Assembly (NCBI GenBank): GCA_964016885.1
Contig: OZ024742.1
Location: 269,266,001-269,330,000 of the forward strand
Reading direction: 5' to 3'
Length of the DNA: 64,000 nt
DNA from: Eledone cirrhosa
Lineage: Eukaryota
In this document: positions 40,298 through 53,093 of the stretch, in pieces
Layout: every line of letters begins with the position of its first letter
Numbering within the stretch: the first letter of the stretch is position 1
The notes under the pieces: generated by a model
The model's database searches: none
Told to the model about the DNA's origin: nothing
The model's input: the letters and a program-made list of their open reading frames with translations, nothing else
Position numbers and translations under genes: made by a program

Positions 40298-40368
40298 TAT
40301 TTTATTATGCGCATTTCAAAAACAAATATCATCATGCAATAACATTTGTGTTTTCATCAGATAAAATA
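40298..40368 (-). ncRNA. Minimal type-I hammerhead in a PLE 3'-end fragment (40266-40540)
   Basis: tattttat-CTGATGA-stem II-GAAA-tgcgca-TA-ataaaata; 8-bp stem I; palindromic ATGCGCAT. Confidence 0.8.
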
Positions 40369-40813
40369 ACAGGACATGATATGAAGGTTAAAAACACTTG
40401 TGGTAGTGCAGTTTTAAATCAACATATGAAAAGTAGTTTTAGATTGATGTGTGATATTGGGGAAAAAATGTTTTTTGAGGGGGGGGGGAGGGTGAAAAAG
40501 AGGAGGAGATGAGAGTAAAAAGTGGAGGGGGGAGTATAATGTATTATCCGATATCTGCATTGCTTTATTGTACTACAATAAAACTCACCTCCTACATATA
40601 TATATATGTAAACCTTTATATGTAATTATCTCCCTTAGGTTGAGATACAATTTCGGCTGTATTGTGCTGCGCTATCTAGCAAAAGGCCACCAGCCGTAAG
40701 CAACTAATCACATTCTTTCTAACCTGACCGCTGCTACGTCACGATTCTTAGCCATTTTTGAATGTATTCTTGGCGCGATCACTTTGGAAAATGTATTGTC
40801 TAAATTTGAGCTA

Positions 40814-40884
40814 ACTTCCTGAAGAGTCCGGTGCTCTAGATGCTATCGGATATCTTAAAATGCGGACGAAACCATGGTAGAGGT
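40814..40884 (+). ncRNA. Canonical type-I hammerhead in a TA-flanked non-coding insert (~40610-41160)
   Basis: acttc-CTGAAGA-gtccg..cggac-GAAAC-catg-GTA-gaggt. Confidence 0.85.
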
Positions 40885-41157
40885 ACTAAATATGTTCATT
40901 TTTCTCCTAGTTTGTTTTACACCTAATTCTGTTTAGTTGACTGTATATCTGAGCGATTTATACACGCTGTCGAAATACTCCATAAATACTCCGTCGAAAC
41001 CGACGCGAAGGGCTGCTTTCGGTTATTTGTCGAAGATTTCTTCATAGAAGACTTTATTCTTATAGCTTGGTCTAATCGATTTTTTATATGGTTAATTATG
41101 CTAATTCAGAGAGGAAATGGTATATATTTTATCTGGTGATTCTATAGACATGTTTTA

Positions 41158-41250
<93 letters not shown>

Positions 41251-42389
41251 TACACCCCCTATATATATATACACACAAATAAAGAAACAGGGAGAGATTG
41301 GGGAGAGGGAGCTGTGTGGGTGTGAATTGTAATTGGGAAAAAATGAGCCCTTGATTTGTACACATAAAATACAGGGCAACAAAACATTTATTTTCGTCGG
41401 TACTCAGGGTTTAAACTGTTATTTCTAATCGTGAACAGCTGATTACAGACGAAATCTTATGCTTAGTTCAAGTGTAATGGAAGCAATATGTACATATAGA
41501 CATATTACCATTATTTGTTACCATTGTTACGTTTTGTTACCATGAATAACCCAACTTTCTAGGTAATTGCTCGTTCTTATGCTGACAGATTCCTTATCCT
41601 GTTGGAAATTAAAGAAAATATAAGTTGACACAATTTCTAGACCATCGAGAAAAATATTTGCGGTACGTAGTTACGAATTTTAAAGCATGATCTTTAAATC
41701 TAATGAGATTACATTTGCTTCCCTCCTTTCAAGTCGAGGCAAATTACCAGCCAGGATCTAAAATCGATTTAATCAGATTACACCTAAATTAGAGACCGGA
41801 ATTGACATTATTTTTGTTCGTGTTATTATTCATATGCTTAATACTGCTATTGTTAATTCTAGAATGATTTATAATTAATTAATAATAGTCTTAATGTTTT
41901 GTGTTTGGACAGCGTTCGATTTATATCAGAAGCTGTGACTCCGGATGGAGCAGCAGTGCCGTCTGTAGGGGTCATAACTGCCCCAGTCCATATCTATGGT
42001 TGACGACCATGGATTTCTGTGTCCATCGTTTGAATATTTATTTTCCAAAAACATTTGTTTAAGGTTTTTCCTTAAAAAAATATTTTTCGTTTTGTTTCCG
42101 TTCGTTTTCTGGTCCTTTCTTTATAAATGTTTGTAAGTCCATATATATCTATATATCTATCTATATATATATATATATATAAATATATGTGGAAGAAATT
42201 ATAGTTTACTTGAAGCAATGTGTAGATAGGTATAAACGTTTGGAGTTATAAGACCAGAATAATGCAGGTATGGATATAGAATATAAATACAAATGCAAAA
42301 GATATTGCTGACAATTAGACTTTTACCTTACATTTATTTGAATATCCTTAATTTTGTAGATAATATCTCTTTTCGGAGGGAAGTAAAGG

Positions 42390-42821
42390 GGTTAAGATTT
42401 GGACATGCGGAAAGTCTGCGCGAAGATGGTGCCAAAACTGCTGAACGATGACCAGAAAGGTTGACGCGTGCAAGTGTGCCAGGAGATCCTCGAGCGTCTT
42501 GAAACCGAACCAGACTTGCTAGGGAGAGTCATAACCCATAAGTGTTTCTACTTTTGGCACAAGGCCAGTAATTATCCCAGTATATTACTGATAATGAGTC
42601 ATGGAACGTCGAGTACAACCCGAAGGAGATCCGTTTTGAAGACTTGGACGACATCAAAAATGCCGTGACAACGGAAGAATCCTTGCCGGAGTGCATGCAA
42701 GCGTGGCAGAAAAGGATGGAAAAGTGCATTAGACTCCAGGGGGATTAATTTGAAGGAGAAGACTCCTGTGTGAAGTTTGGGTTTGAAATAAATCTGTTGT
42801 GACATCAGTCCTGGAAGTTTT
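42390..42821 (+). mobile_element. Mariner deletion derivative, 3' part, with a SINE tail fragment at ~42543-42590
   Basis: MRKVCAKMVPKLLNDDQK..CQEILERLE..; ends in the TIR gtgacatcagtcctggaa. Confidence 0.8.
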
Positions 42822-43469
42822 CGTAAAAATCTGGTTCGTAGGATCGTGGCGTATCCGAAGACCGCGCGATTTCAGAGTCAGGTTTGATCACCATATCGAT
42901 CGTGCCTCGAGCTGGTCGCCCGAGAATCAATTGTAATATGTCCAATAAATTCCTTTCGAAGCAACACTGGTTCAGTTTTTTCTGTGATATATATATATAT
43001 ATATATATGAAAACATGGAGAAAGAGACGATTATTAGGAAGAAAAAATATATGTTTATCCTTTTTTGTTTCTCTCTCTCTCTTTTCTGGGTTAGAAAATG
43101 ATTTAAACGAAATGTTTGACTTTGTGTGAAGTGTTAAAGTATTAGTTGATATATTTATTATTTAACAATGGCATTTATTTATCTATTTATATATTTAATA
43201 ATTGTCTATTACCGGTTTCAGCATTTTTCTGCATTATCAAATGATAGTGAAATGTATTAATGAGGGGTCACCCATGTTACCGAGAAGGTGCGGAAAGAAT
43301 AATGTTATTTTCAAACAAGTTTTATGAAGTGAAAAAAAAAAATTTACAAAATAAATAAAAAAAATAAAAAAAAATAAAAAAAATAAAAAATAAAAAAAAT
43401 AAAAATAAAACGGGCATAATATAGAGCATAAAAAGTCAATGTGGAAAAAAAATAATGTTATATATATAC

Positions 43470-44342
43470 AGGAATGTTCCAGGACTGATGTCACAAAATA
43501 TTTATTTCAAACCCAAACTTCACACTAAGAGTTTTCTATTTCAAAGAAATCCCCCTGGAATCTAATGCACTCTTCCATCCTTTTCTCCCACGCTTGCATG
43601 CACTCCTGGAAGGATTCTTCCGGGATCCTCCGCAGTCCCGTTGTCACGGCCTTTTTGATGTTGTCCACGTCTTCAAAAGGGTCCCCTCCGTGTCGTACTC
43701 GAAGTTCTATGACTCATCACCGAGTATGAATGTCCCTAGCAAGTCTGGTTCGGTTTTAATGCGCTAGAGGATGTCCTGGCACACTTGCATGTGGCAACCC
43801 TTCTGGTCATCGTTCAGCAGTTTTGGCACAATCTTCCGCAGATTTTCCGCATGTATAAATCTTCAGTGAACATCTTCCAGACGCTGTCCCGATTCATGCC
43901 CAGCTCATTTGCCATCAGTCGAACAGTCAGCCGACGATCGCTACGCACCATTTGCCAGACACGCTCAACGTTGACCTCAGTCCCGGTTGTTGAGGGCCTT
44001 CCGCTCCTGGGTCATCTTACACTACTTAAAAACACGGGAGAGTGATATTGTCTCATCTCCATACACTTGCTGCAGCAATCCTAGTGCTTCTGATAGAGTT
44101 TTCCCCAACCGTACCAGAAACTTCAAGTTTGTTCGTTGTTCTGTGCTCATTGCTTGACACCTGAAACAGAGGACATGTATATAAAATTATGAAGAAAAAA
44201 GTTTGATCGCTGCAGAGAGCTAAAATTACAGTTACATACTCCAGGGGGATTACTATGAAGGAGAAAACTCCTAGTGTGAATTTTGGGTTTGAAATAAATA
44301 TTTTGTGACATCAGTCCTGGAACTTTTCTGACACACCTCGTA
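43470..44342 (-). mobile_element. Mariner non-autonomous element with ~100-bp TIRs
   Basis: TIRs at 43476-43560 and 44239-44342; ATG at 44150 MSTEQRTNLKFLVRLGKTLSEALGLLQQVYGDE; TA at the outer end. Confidence 0.85.
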
Positions 44343-44649
44343 TATATATTTATTAAAATAACAGATTAAAGTTTGAGCAAAGAATCGCTGCTTTCAGAAT
44401 TAACGAGGTCTTCTGAAACTAAAAAAAATCGATGTGTGAACGCAGAAGTAAATATTTCGAAAAACGCTGCAACCCATGGAAAACAGAAAGATGATACTTT
44501 GGTTCGTGAAGACGTTCCCTGGCTTAAATTTTAATCTGTTAATTTCATAAATATTTGCCCTAGGGTTCTTATATATTTGATATATATATTTATCCTTATA
44601 GAGCCCTCCTTCGATTTTAGTCTTCATATTTATTATTATTACTACATAT

Positions 44650-44681
<32 letters not shown>

Positions 44682-45209
44682 GGGAAGGTGCTTGTGTATT
44701 TGTATATGTATGTATTGAGAATGGAATTTCTCGTTATCCTACACTGGACTTTGTTCTAAATGACTTCAATTAACATTGCTGTAAATAACGAGGTGCATCA
44801 CATCTACAGACCTAGCACACTGCTGAGAGGATTGAGTAGAACTTAATATTCTAAATTATGAACTTCAAAATGTAAAAGAATAATTTCAAATCTAAAACAA
44901 AGTTGTATAAATAAATGATAACATGACTGGACGCAAATAGTGTATTGTAATCGTACATACATTATGCTATACTGTAAATGCCAGCAATTCAGTGCAATCG
45001 ATTACAAAATATCAGTGTAGTTTTGGAGCCCAAAACACTATCACCTTTATAATAACAGTATTAATGAGAAAATTCTAACAGAGATAATGGATACCACAAA
45101 TATGCAATGTATCAGTGCATTATATATTTACATTATATATATTTGTGTGTATTTGTGTTCGCTTGTAAAATGTTTTCGAACATTATAACACTAAATTCAT
45201 TGCAGTGAC

Positions 45210-45550
45210 TCTTAGCTTGATAATCCAAGATATAACCCACATTGTTGCAATAAAAAGAATGACAGGCATAATATTGGTCTGTAATTCTTACGTTCTTCAG
45301 CTTCTTCGTTTGGTGTTAGAAAAACGTTATATACTTTGTGTTCCAAGAAGGCCTCTTGATTGAAGAAAACATTTTTTTTTTTGTTATAGACGTTTCGCAA
45401 AAAAATTTGTAAGGTGGTGAAGCTAAAGGATTGTTATATCGTCGTGGCCAGGGGATTTCTATTCATGTGATATATTTAAAGTAAATTTTCTTTTTGATAT
45501 TAATCTACACTTGTGTTGGTATATCCCTCATTCGTAATTTCTGCTGTTCA
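45210..45550 (-). pseudogene. Highly decayed R4/Dong-like RT fragment
   Basis: KSPGHD and KNYRPILCL remnants next to an ATT tract. Confidence 0.45.
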
Positions 45551-45570
45551 ATTATTACTATTACTATTAT

Positions 45571-45730
45571 GGGGATTTTTCATTGTTATTTTTTTGTTAC
45601 ATCCTCTGTTTTTGTTTTTTACACGCAGAAATGCCCATTTGTACCGTCCTGTATTATCCTGAACTGTCCTTAATGTCTACTTTATGTAAACCCTTGTGGT
45701 TAATAAAGAAATCATTATTATTATTATTAT
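45571..45730 (+). mobile_element. Short 3'-UTR-only copy of the Tx1 family at 1-2265, with ATT-like repeats on both sides
   Basis: Matches 2121-2270 closely. Confidence 0.88.
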
Positions 45731-45734
45731 AATA

Positions 45735-45777
45735 TGCTGGCCTTGTGCCAAAAGTAGAAACAATTATTATTATTATT
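45735..45777 (+). mobile_element. SINE family 1 3' tip
   Basis: tgctggccttgtgccaaaagtagaaacaattattatt. Confidence 0.75.
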
Positions 45778-45949
45778 GGTCTGTCCGGACGTCTTTTTGC
45801 TCGCTACCAGTAAGTTGCTTTATTTACCTGTTATAATTATTTACTGTTAAATTGTTCTTGTGTTAGGGATATAAACTGTTGTACTTTGCCCTGTGAAGGG
45901 GAAATATTTGGCCCAAATATTTGAACATTTTACCTTTAAAAAAAAAAAA

Positions 45950-48900
45950 ACATGACTGAGACACGCCCCCGCAATATGTCTGCTGTCGTGCGACAACGGT
46001 GTAAACGTTGAGAGGAGGGTTACAGAAATTGATACAACAAACACCACCACAAACAACGTGAACTTATACAACAACACTGAGAATACTAATTAAAAAAAAT
46101 ATTACCACAACAACTACAACAATAACAGTGTCAACCAAAATACAGACAACAGAAAAAAATGAGAGCAAATGCAACAACGATATTAACATCACTAACAAGA
46201 AAATAAACAACAACAACACCAACAGAAACAATGCAAATTTCACCGAAAACAACAACAACAGTGACACCAAAAACACAACCAACTACAACAATGATAACAG
46301 CAACAAGACCGTTTGTAGCAGTAGCGAGAGCAACAGCACCAACAACAAGACCAGTAGCAGCAGTAGCGGCAGCAATAATAGTACCGCTGAAAATGCGGCC
46401 ACTTCTTTCGCATGTGTGGCCCGAAATATAGAGACAGTGCTAGTCACGGAGGAGGAGATGGCAGTCGCAAGAGTCATGGTGACAAGAAATGACAATAGAG
46501 TTTTCCTGATACATCCACCCGATTTCTTCAAAGACCAGCAGCTGGGCACATTGACTTACCGCACCGTAAGCAAAATATCACATCGAGTGGAGAGAGCCAC
46601 GGAGGCTCAATTCCAAAAGGCCTTGAGGTGCGTCTAGGCGCGCAAAACCCACATCAACCGAGGCAAAAACTACGCCGCAGTAGACGTACTTTTCGCCACG
46701 CCCCAAGAGGCGAAGTCTCACATTTTGGAAACCCTAAAGAGTGAAGAAACAGTCTTGGTGACCTACTACTGCGGTCACTAAATTGTGAGGGTGAAAGTGA
46801 CCCATGTCCGGCCCGACGTGCCCATTTCTTGGCTGGCCGCGTCTATTTTACTGTAATCAAGGAGAAGACCACCACACTGCAAATACAGAGAATGGGAAGA
46901 GAGAACTGGTCAGGAAAAGGCATCAAATGCTAATACAAACTGAACAGGAGTGCATCGAGGCCATCCCAGATATCATAGACCACGAGCAAGGAATCCAACT
47001 CCCTATAATCGTGGATGTAAGACGCCCAAAGTGCAATCGCTGTGGGCAGAAGTGTCACCTCAGGGCCTTCTGCCCACAGAAAACACCCAAGAAGTGGGCC
47101 CCACTAACCACAACCAACAGCAGTGGAGCTCATACGCTTCCCAGACACCACGGAATCAGAGATAGGGTATGAGGCGGGAGTGAAGTGGCAAACGGTCTGC
47201 CACAAAAAACAAAAAAAAAACATAAAAAAACGTTAGCTTCTCCCTCTAAAAGCGAAGGCAAACAAAAAGAGGTTAAGGCTGCAAGGAGACTTGCAGCAAC
47301 ACCACTACCATCACCATCACCACCACAAGCACCACCACCAACAACAACCACACCACCGCCAGCATCAACAAAAACACCAACATCGCAAACAAAACAAAGC
47401 TCACACACCCAGCAGCAATAACAAGAAAACAGCAACAAAACCACCCCTCCTCCCAAAAAGTATACAGCCATAAATATGGCAAATAAAGAACTCTTACAAC
47501 ATATAAAGCAGCTCACAGACATCACCTACCAACATTACTACACCCCACCAAATCAAGAACTCTCCCCCAAAATAGAAAGATTATGGAAATCAAAATAGAA
47601 CATTATAAACTTTTAAAAGAAAAAATTCCCCAACTGTTAGGATACCTCAGTGGGTCGGTTACCAAGAGGATACACACCGACATTATCTTGGAAACACCCA
47701 TGACTAGCCAAAGAGACGGTTCGACTGTCCCTTCCCACACGATCAGGGTTGGTGATCATTTTTCACTTACCCTATTCCTCAGCCAACATGGCCTTACTTA
47801 GAATAGGCAGTATAAATGTACGTGGCTGGGATCATCTTGGAAGCAGGGCCACCTACTTAACGATCTCAGCTCACTAAAGATAGATGTTGTGGCCATCAGC
47901 GAGACCAGAATTTCCGAAGCACGAGACTTCGCACCGATCTTCGGCAGCTACGATGTATACGCGTCTACCAGCCGCCAGGATCGGGGGACGATTTGCCATA
48001 CGGGCCATCTTCCTGAACCCAGAAAGTAAGTCGGTGGTGCTGGACATGACCGGCAGCAAAGGCAATGCTTTCAGGCTAGTAGCCGTCTACAGGGCAGATT
48101 TCTTCAGACGTCTAGAGACCTTTCGTGGAATGTCCCGCTCTTTAGTGTTAGTGGGTGACTGGAATGGTATCTTAGATGCACGCTGGGATTATGTGGCGCT
48201 AGTAGACTGGGCAGGAGGGTGTAAAAGCATCAACAAACTGCTCAGACGTGTTGAACTGTCTGACAGGTATAGACTGGATTATCCGAATGTGCCAATGTGG
48301 GCAAACCACATCGTGTCATCCAGATTGTATTTAGGGAAACAGATAAGGCTAGTGTAGTTGTCCACAATTTAAAGTAGTCGACTGCACGGACCACAAATTT
48401 GTGATTGTGAAGTCGACTTAGATAGATTCCATAGGCAAGGGCTCGGTTACTGGAATCTGAACGCGTCGTTCCCGGAGCGCAACACTTACAGGGACCGGAT
48501 TAGCAAATTAGTTAAGCATGTGTTAACGGGTGCGATCTGCAACAACAGGTGGTGCTTTACCCTGAAAAGGGCTATTAGAGTAGAATCGGTAAGGTTTAGC
48601 AAAGGAGTAGTGATAGAAGAAAATAGAGTAGAGGAAGAGTTAGTTAGAAGAAGCGTTTAGGACAGTCATCCCAACCGACGTCCTTGCGGCGAGATTGGCA
48701 CTCATTCTTCACCAATTCTTCAACGTAAAGCATGAAGGCTGCGTTGTCAGAGCAAGAGCGCTTTCCCTAATACACGAGGGGACGAAATCCGTTCAATGGG
48801 CCCGGGTGGTGGAGGAGCGACGTGGCAACAAGTCCACAATTCGGTCTTTGCCTGACCAAAACGGGCGCATGTTGCTCGAACACGAGCAGATGTGTGCGGC

Positions 48901-51088
48901 TTTTCAACAGCACTTTGCTCAATTGTTCGGGAGCGGCGGCGGGCGGGATCGGATTATGGATTTCGGTGCATACCTCGATTGACTGTCGCGGCTCTCGACG
49001 ATCACAGCGTAGTGCTGCGAAAACAGCAGGTGAAATATGGGAAGCGATGTCTGACTGCACGGGGGGTAAATCGCCATGTTTGGATAGTCTGCGAACTTTA
49101 TGCGTATATGCCAGACTGGTTCGGCGACCTCTTGGCAGATGTCTACTGCAACTGGCAGCAGAACGGAAACATTCCAGTTTTGAGCCGGGGAGCGGTGGGG
49201 CTGCTGAGAAAAGACCCGAACAAGGGGACGTTATAGACAACTTTAGGCCCATAACTCTGCTATATTCAGAGTTTAAGATTTTGTTCAAGGTGTTAGCAAA
49301 GAGTTTGGCGCTTGTTGTCGGTGATCTGGAGGGAGAAGCGCAGGTCTGCGCCATTCCGGACAGATCCATCTACGTCAACCTCCATCTCATGCGATAAATC
49401 ATAGACAGGGTAATTAAGAAACCTGATACGGGTGGGGCCCTGAACAACTTGGATCAATCTAAAGCCTTTGAGCGCGTCGACCATCGGTACCTGGCTGCGG
49501 CCCTCGAGGCGGCCGGCTTCCGGACCGTTTTTAGGGACTGAATCGCTGCGATGCACAGCGACATCTGCTCGATTGTGAGGGTGAATTGTCTCCTGTCGCT
49601 GCCTTTCAGCTTCATGCGCTCTGTCCGCCAGGGTTGGCCCCTCTCGTCCCTCTTGTACGTACTGGCCCTCGAGCCGTTACTGCAGAAATTGGAGACGATG
49701 AGGGCTGTCCCACGCGAACTGGGATGCGGGAGATCTGCCCATGGTGGTGTCGTGCACCAAACACGTCCAGATTCTAGGCACCGCTCTCAAGGAATACGAA
49801 GCGCTAACAGGAGCAAAGATAAACCAGGAAAAGTTGGTGGGCTTGCAACTTGGCACCTGGAGAGGCAAGTGCATGCCGTCCGACAGCGTCGTGGGACACT
49901 GGACGGAAGGACCGGTTAAATTGCTCGGGGTCTGCTTCGGTCCGGATCTCCAGATGGAGAAAAACCGGAGTGAGGTGACGAACAGGTTGGCCTCTCTAAC
50001 ACAGAAATGCGCCGAGAGGAGGCTGTCTCTGAATGGTTAGGCGGAAGTGGCGAATGCGTACACCCCGTCCGTTATCTGCTACCGTCTGACCGTTGAACCT
50101 TGCTCCCGACCACTCTGACCAAAATGGAGCGCCTTCTCTTCATTGTTGGGACATCTACCTCGGCGTTCTAGAAAGGACTAGTGGAGGGGAAGAGTGACGT
50201 GTTCTTGGGGAGACCCTGGACGTCGAAGACGATCAGCTGTTCGCTCTCTTCAAGAGAACTTTCATCCCGGGGCCTATGAACAACTTCCAGAAATCGCTGG
50301 CCTGGCATTGCTACCGGGAAGCGTTGCCGATTCGAGATAAGCTCTATCGGCACTGAAGTGCCGTCAGTCGAACCTGTCCAAGATGCGCACAGAGCGATGA
50401 AACCGTTGTGCACCCACTCGTTCAGTGTCCAAGCATTGCTGACTTATGAAGCTACGTTGAACATTTGCTGTCACGTGCAGGATGGATCCGGTTATCGACT
50501 GAGTCCATTGTGCAGATAGCCCGCCGTCCTACTTTAAGAAGGAGGAAGGGCAGGCAGTTTCCATCTGCCTGGTGGCCATGGCAAAATAGATTGTATGGTG
50601 GATAAGGTTGAAAGGATTGAAGACGGACACTTTCCTCTTCGTCGAATGCCTAATTCACTTTTTCAAATTTCACTTGAAGAGGAAAATCAGGGTGGAGAGG
50701 CAAGTGCTGTCTTCTAGTAAGTTTGTTCAAAGGTGGGTGAAAGTGGCGAGTCTGGTCCGAGTGAACGGGCCCGCTCTGAGTATGTGCCTGTAGACTGAGG
50801 AATGGGAAATGTGAGACAGGGCGCTTGCTCTGGTGGTCAGGGTGGCCGTGGTATTTTTTGTGTGGTTTCGCCACGAGTGACCCCTGGAGGTTTCCCCCTA
50901 TTCGGGGAATTTTTTTCTGTTTGAATTTTTTTTAGATTTCTAGCCGGATTTTGTTATAACCTGTTTACACGACCAAAGCCTACTTTGTATCGTCCTGTAC
51001 TGTTCTGTGCCGTCTCTAATGTTTTTCTTCGTGTTAGCCCTTGTGGCCAATAAATAAATCATTATTGTTATTATTATTATTATTATTG
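45950..51088 (+). mobile_element. Near full-length decayed Tx1/L1-clade LINE (ORF1 with zinc knuckle, ORF2 APE-RT)
   Basis: ORF1 CNRCGQKCHLRAFC; ORF2 from 47788 MALLRIGSINVRG, LVGDWN, FRPITLL, LDQSKAFERV, VRQGWPLS; stop at 50793; AATAAA and ATT tail. Confidence 0.88.
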
Positions 51089-51499
51089 AATTTCCATGGT
51101 TGACGGAGGGTCGGCTCTGTAAGGTATAGTAATTTTTACACGTTATAACACTTGTAAATTGTTTAAAACTTGAACCAAATTGTAGATAAAGACACCCTCC
51201 TCGTCGTGAGAGGGGTCTTTCTCCCCGTTATTTGGCCCTTCGGGGTTAAATAACCAGTTATTGGTTTTTTTTGCCCCATATTCATTTAAACCGTAAAAAA
51301 AACATGGCTACAAAAAGTAATTTTCACAAGTCACTCCCACTCCTTCCGTCTTCTTCTTCCCCAATCGTCATTACGTCAGAAAAAAGATTATCTCTCTTAC
51401 TTCTCTAAATATGGTGTCGTCTCTGTCACCGCTTTCGGAAGCGACGCCATTAAATAAAAATAAAAATGTAGTTTGTCGTAGCATTCTTCATAAAGAGAA

Positions 51500-53093
51500 C
51501 GCGCGTGCCGTGGAACATTTCTCCACGACAACGACAACGACGAAAGATGTGTGCGGTAAATAGGGAAAGCCATTCCATTCGTTTGACGTCATGAAGTAAA
51601 GCAGCAGCAGCCGAAATAAGAGCCGCAACAGCAACAGTGGCGAGGAAAATACTAGTAGCAGCCGCAACAATATTAGCAGCAGCATAAACAACAACAACAT
51701 CAGCAGCAACAGCAACAACAACATCATCAGCAGCAGCAACAGTAACAACAACAAAAACAACAACAACAGCAACATCAACAACAACAGCAACATCAACAAC
51801 AACAACAACAGCAATAGCGGCGGCGGCGGTCGTTGTACCAGCACCAACAACAAAAGTAGCAGCAGCTCTGACGACAACAACAACAAAGAAAAAATCCATC
51901 TCGTTTGCAGGTATCGCAAAGAACCTGCAAACCATCCTTATAACAAATGAGGAATTACAGGAAGCAAAGAAGATGGTGACGAAGACCGGACACCGAGCAA
52001 TCTGCAAGGCAGCCGAAGAATGTTTTGAAACCCAACAGCACTGTACGGTTACGTACCGTACAGTAAGCACAAAATCACGTAGGGTTGAAAGAGCGACAGA
52101 GGCTCAAATACAATAAGCCTTAGGGTCTGTGTGGCAGCGGAAAACGCATATCACCCGAGGCAAGAAATATGCCACCGTGGCTGTGCTTTTTGACACACCC
52201 CAGGAGGCAAAGGCTCCATTTTTAGTGACCCTAAGGAGCGAGGAAATGGTCTTGAAGCCCTCCTGCTGCGGGCAAAAAAATTGTGAGGGTGGGCATGTGC
52301 GTCGATGCACTTGGAGAGGATGTGGGCGTCTATGAAATCGAACAGACCAGTCTGTTCCGCAAGACTTTCGAACTGTGGAGGATGGATAATTTCCACAAAA
52401 CCCTTTATCGGCAGTGCTGTAGTGAGGCACTGCCGGTTCGAGATAATCTCTACAAGCACGGAAGTGCTATCAGACGGACCTGGCTGAGATGAGCTCACAA
52501 ACGTCCAGGGTCCGTGTGTTACATAATTGTAGAGTTTTTTGGGTTTTTTTTTCGAATAGCTGTTGTCGCATGTCGGCCGAGTCCATTGTGAAGATCGACC
52601 AGCCTCCTATTTTTAGCCAGGAAGTGCAGTCAATTTTCCTCTGTCTGGTGGAAATATTGAAAGAGGTTGTATGGTGTACCAACTTGAAATGACTGAAGAC
52701 AGACATGTTTCTCTTCGGCCAATCACTCATTTTGTTTCACTTTGAGAGTAAGGTGAGTGTGGTGAAAGAAGTTCTGCCTCTGTACATTTGCTAAACGGTG
52801 GTGAATATTGCGAGAATGGCTCGTGTGTGTTGGCCTACTGTAGTCTGGTTAATTTGAGGAGGAGAGTGGTGCATTCCTCGGGTGCCCTCGAAGCCTAGGG
52901 TGAGCAGACCCTGGATGGTTATCCCCCCGCCCCTATTGCGGAATCTTCATTGCTGCATTTTCCTCCTTATTTTGTTATTGCTTTTTTTAGATTTTTACAC
53001 GTCATATATGTAAACACCAACTGTCGCTGTCTATTGTGTTATTCCTTGTGTCGGCCCGTGTGGTTAATAAATGAAACAATTATTATTATTATT
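51500..53093 (+). mobile_element. Internally deleted Tx1-like element (ORF1 5' part fused to ORF2 3' part)
   Basis: 51900-52290 aligns with ORF1 at 46400-46795; 52290-52860 aligns with the ORF2 C-terminus; AATAAA and ATT tail. Confidence 0.8.

Noticed and set aside
41910-42062. Cys-containing short frame RSCDSGWSSSAVCRGHNCP after a possible acceptor site
   Set aside because: No recognisable domain or convincing donor, so it cannot be supported as an exon.
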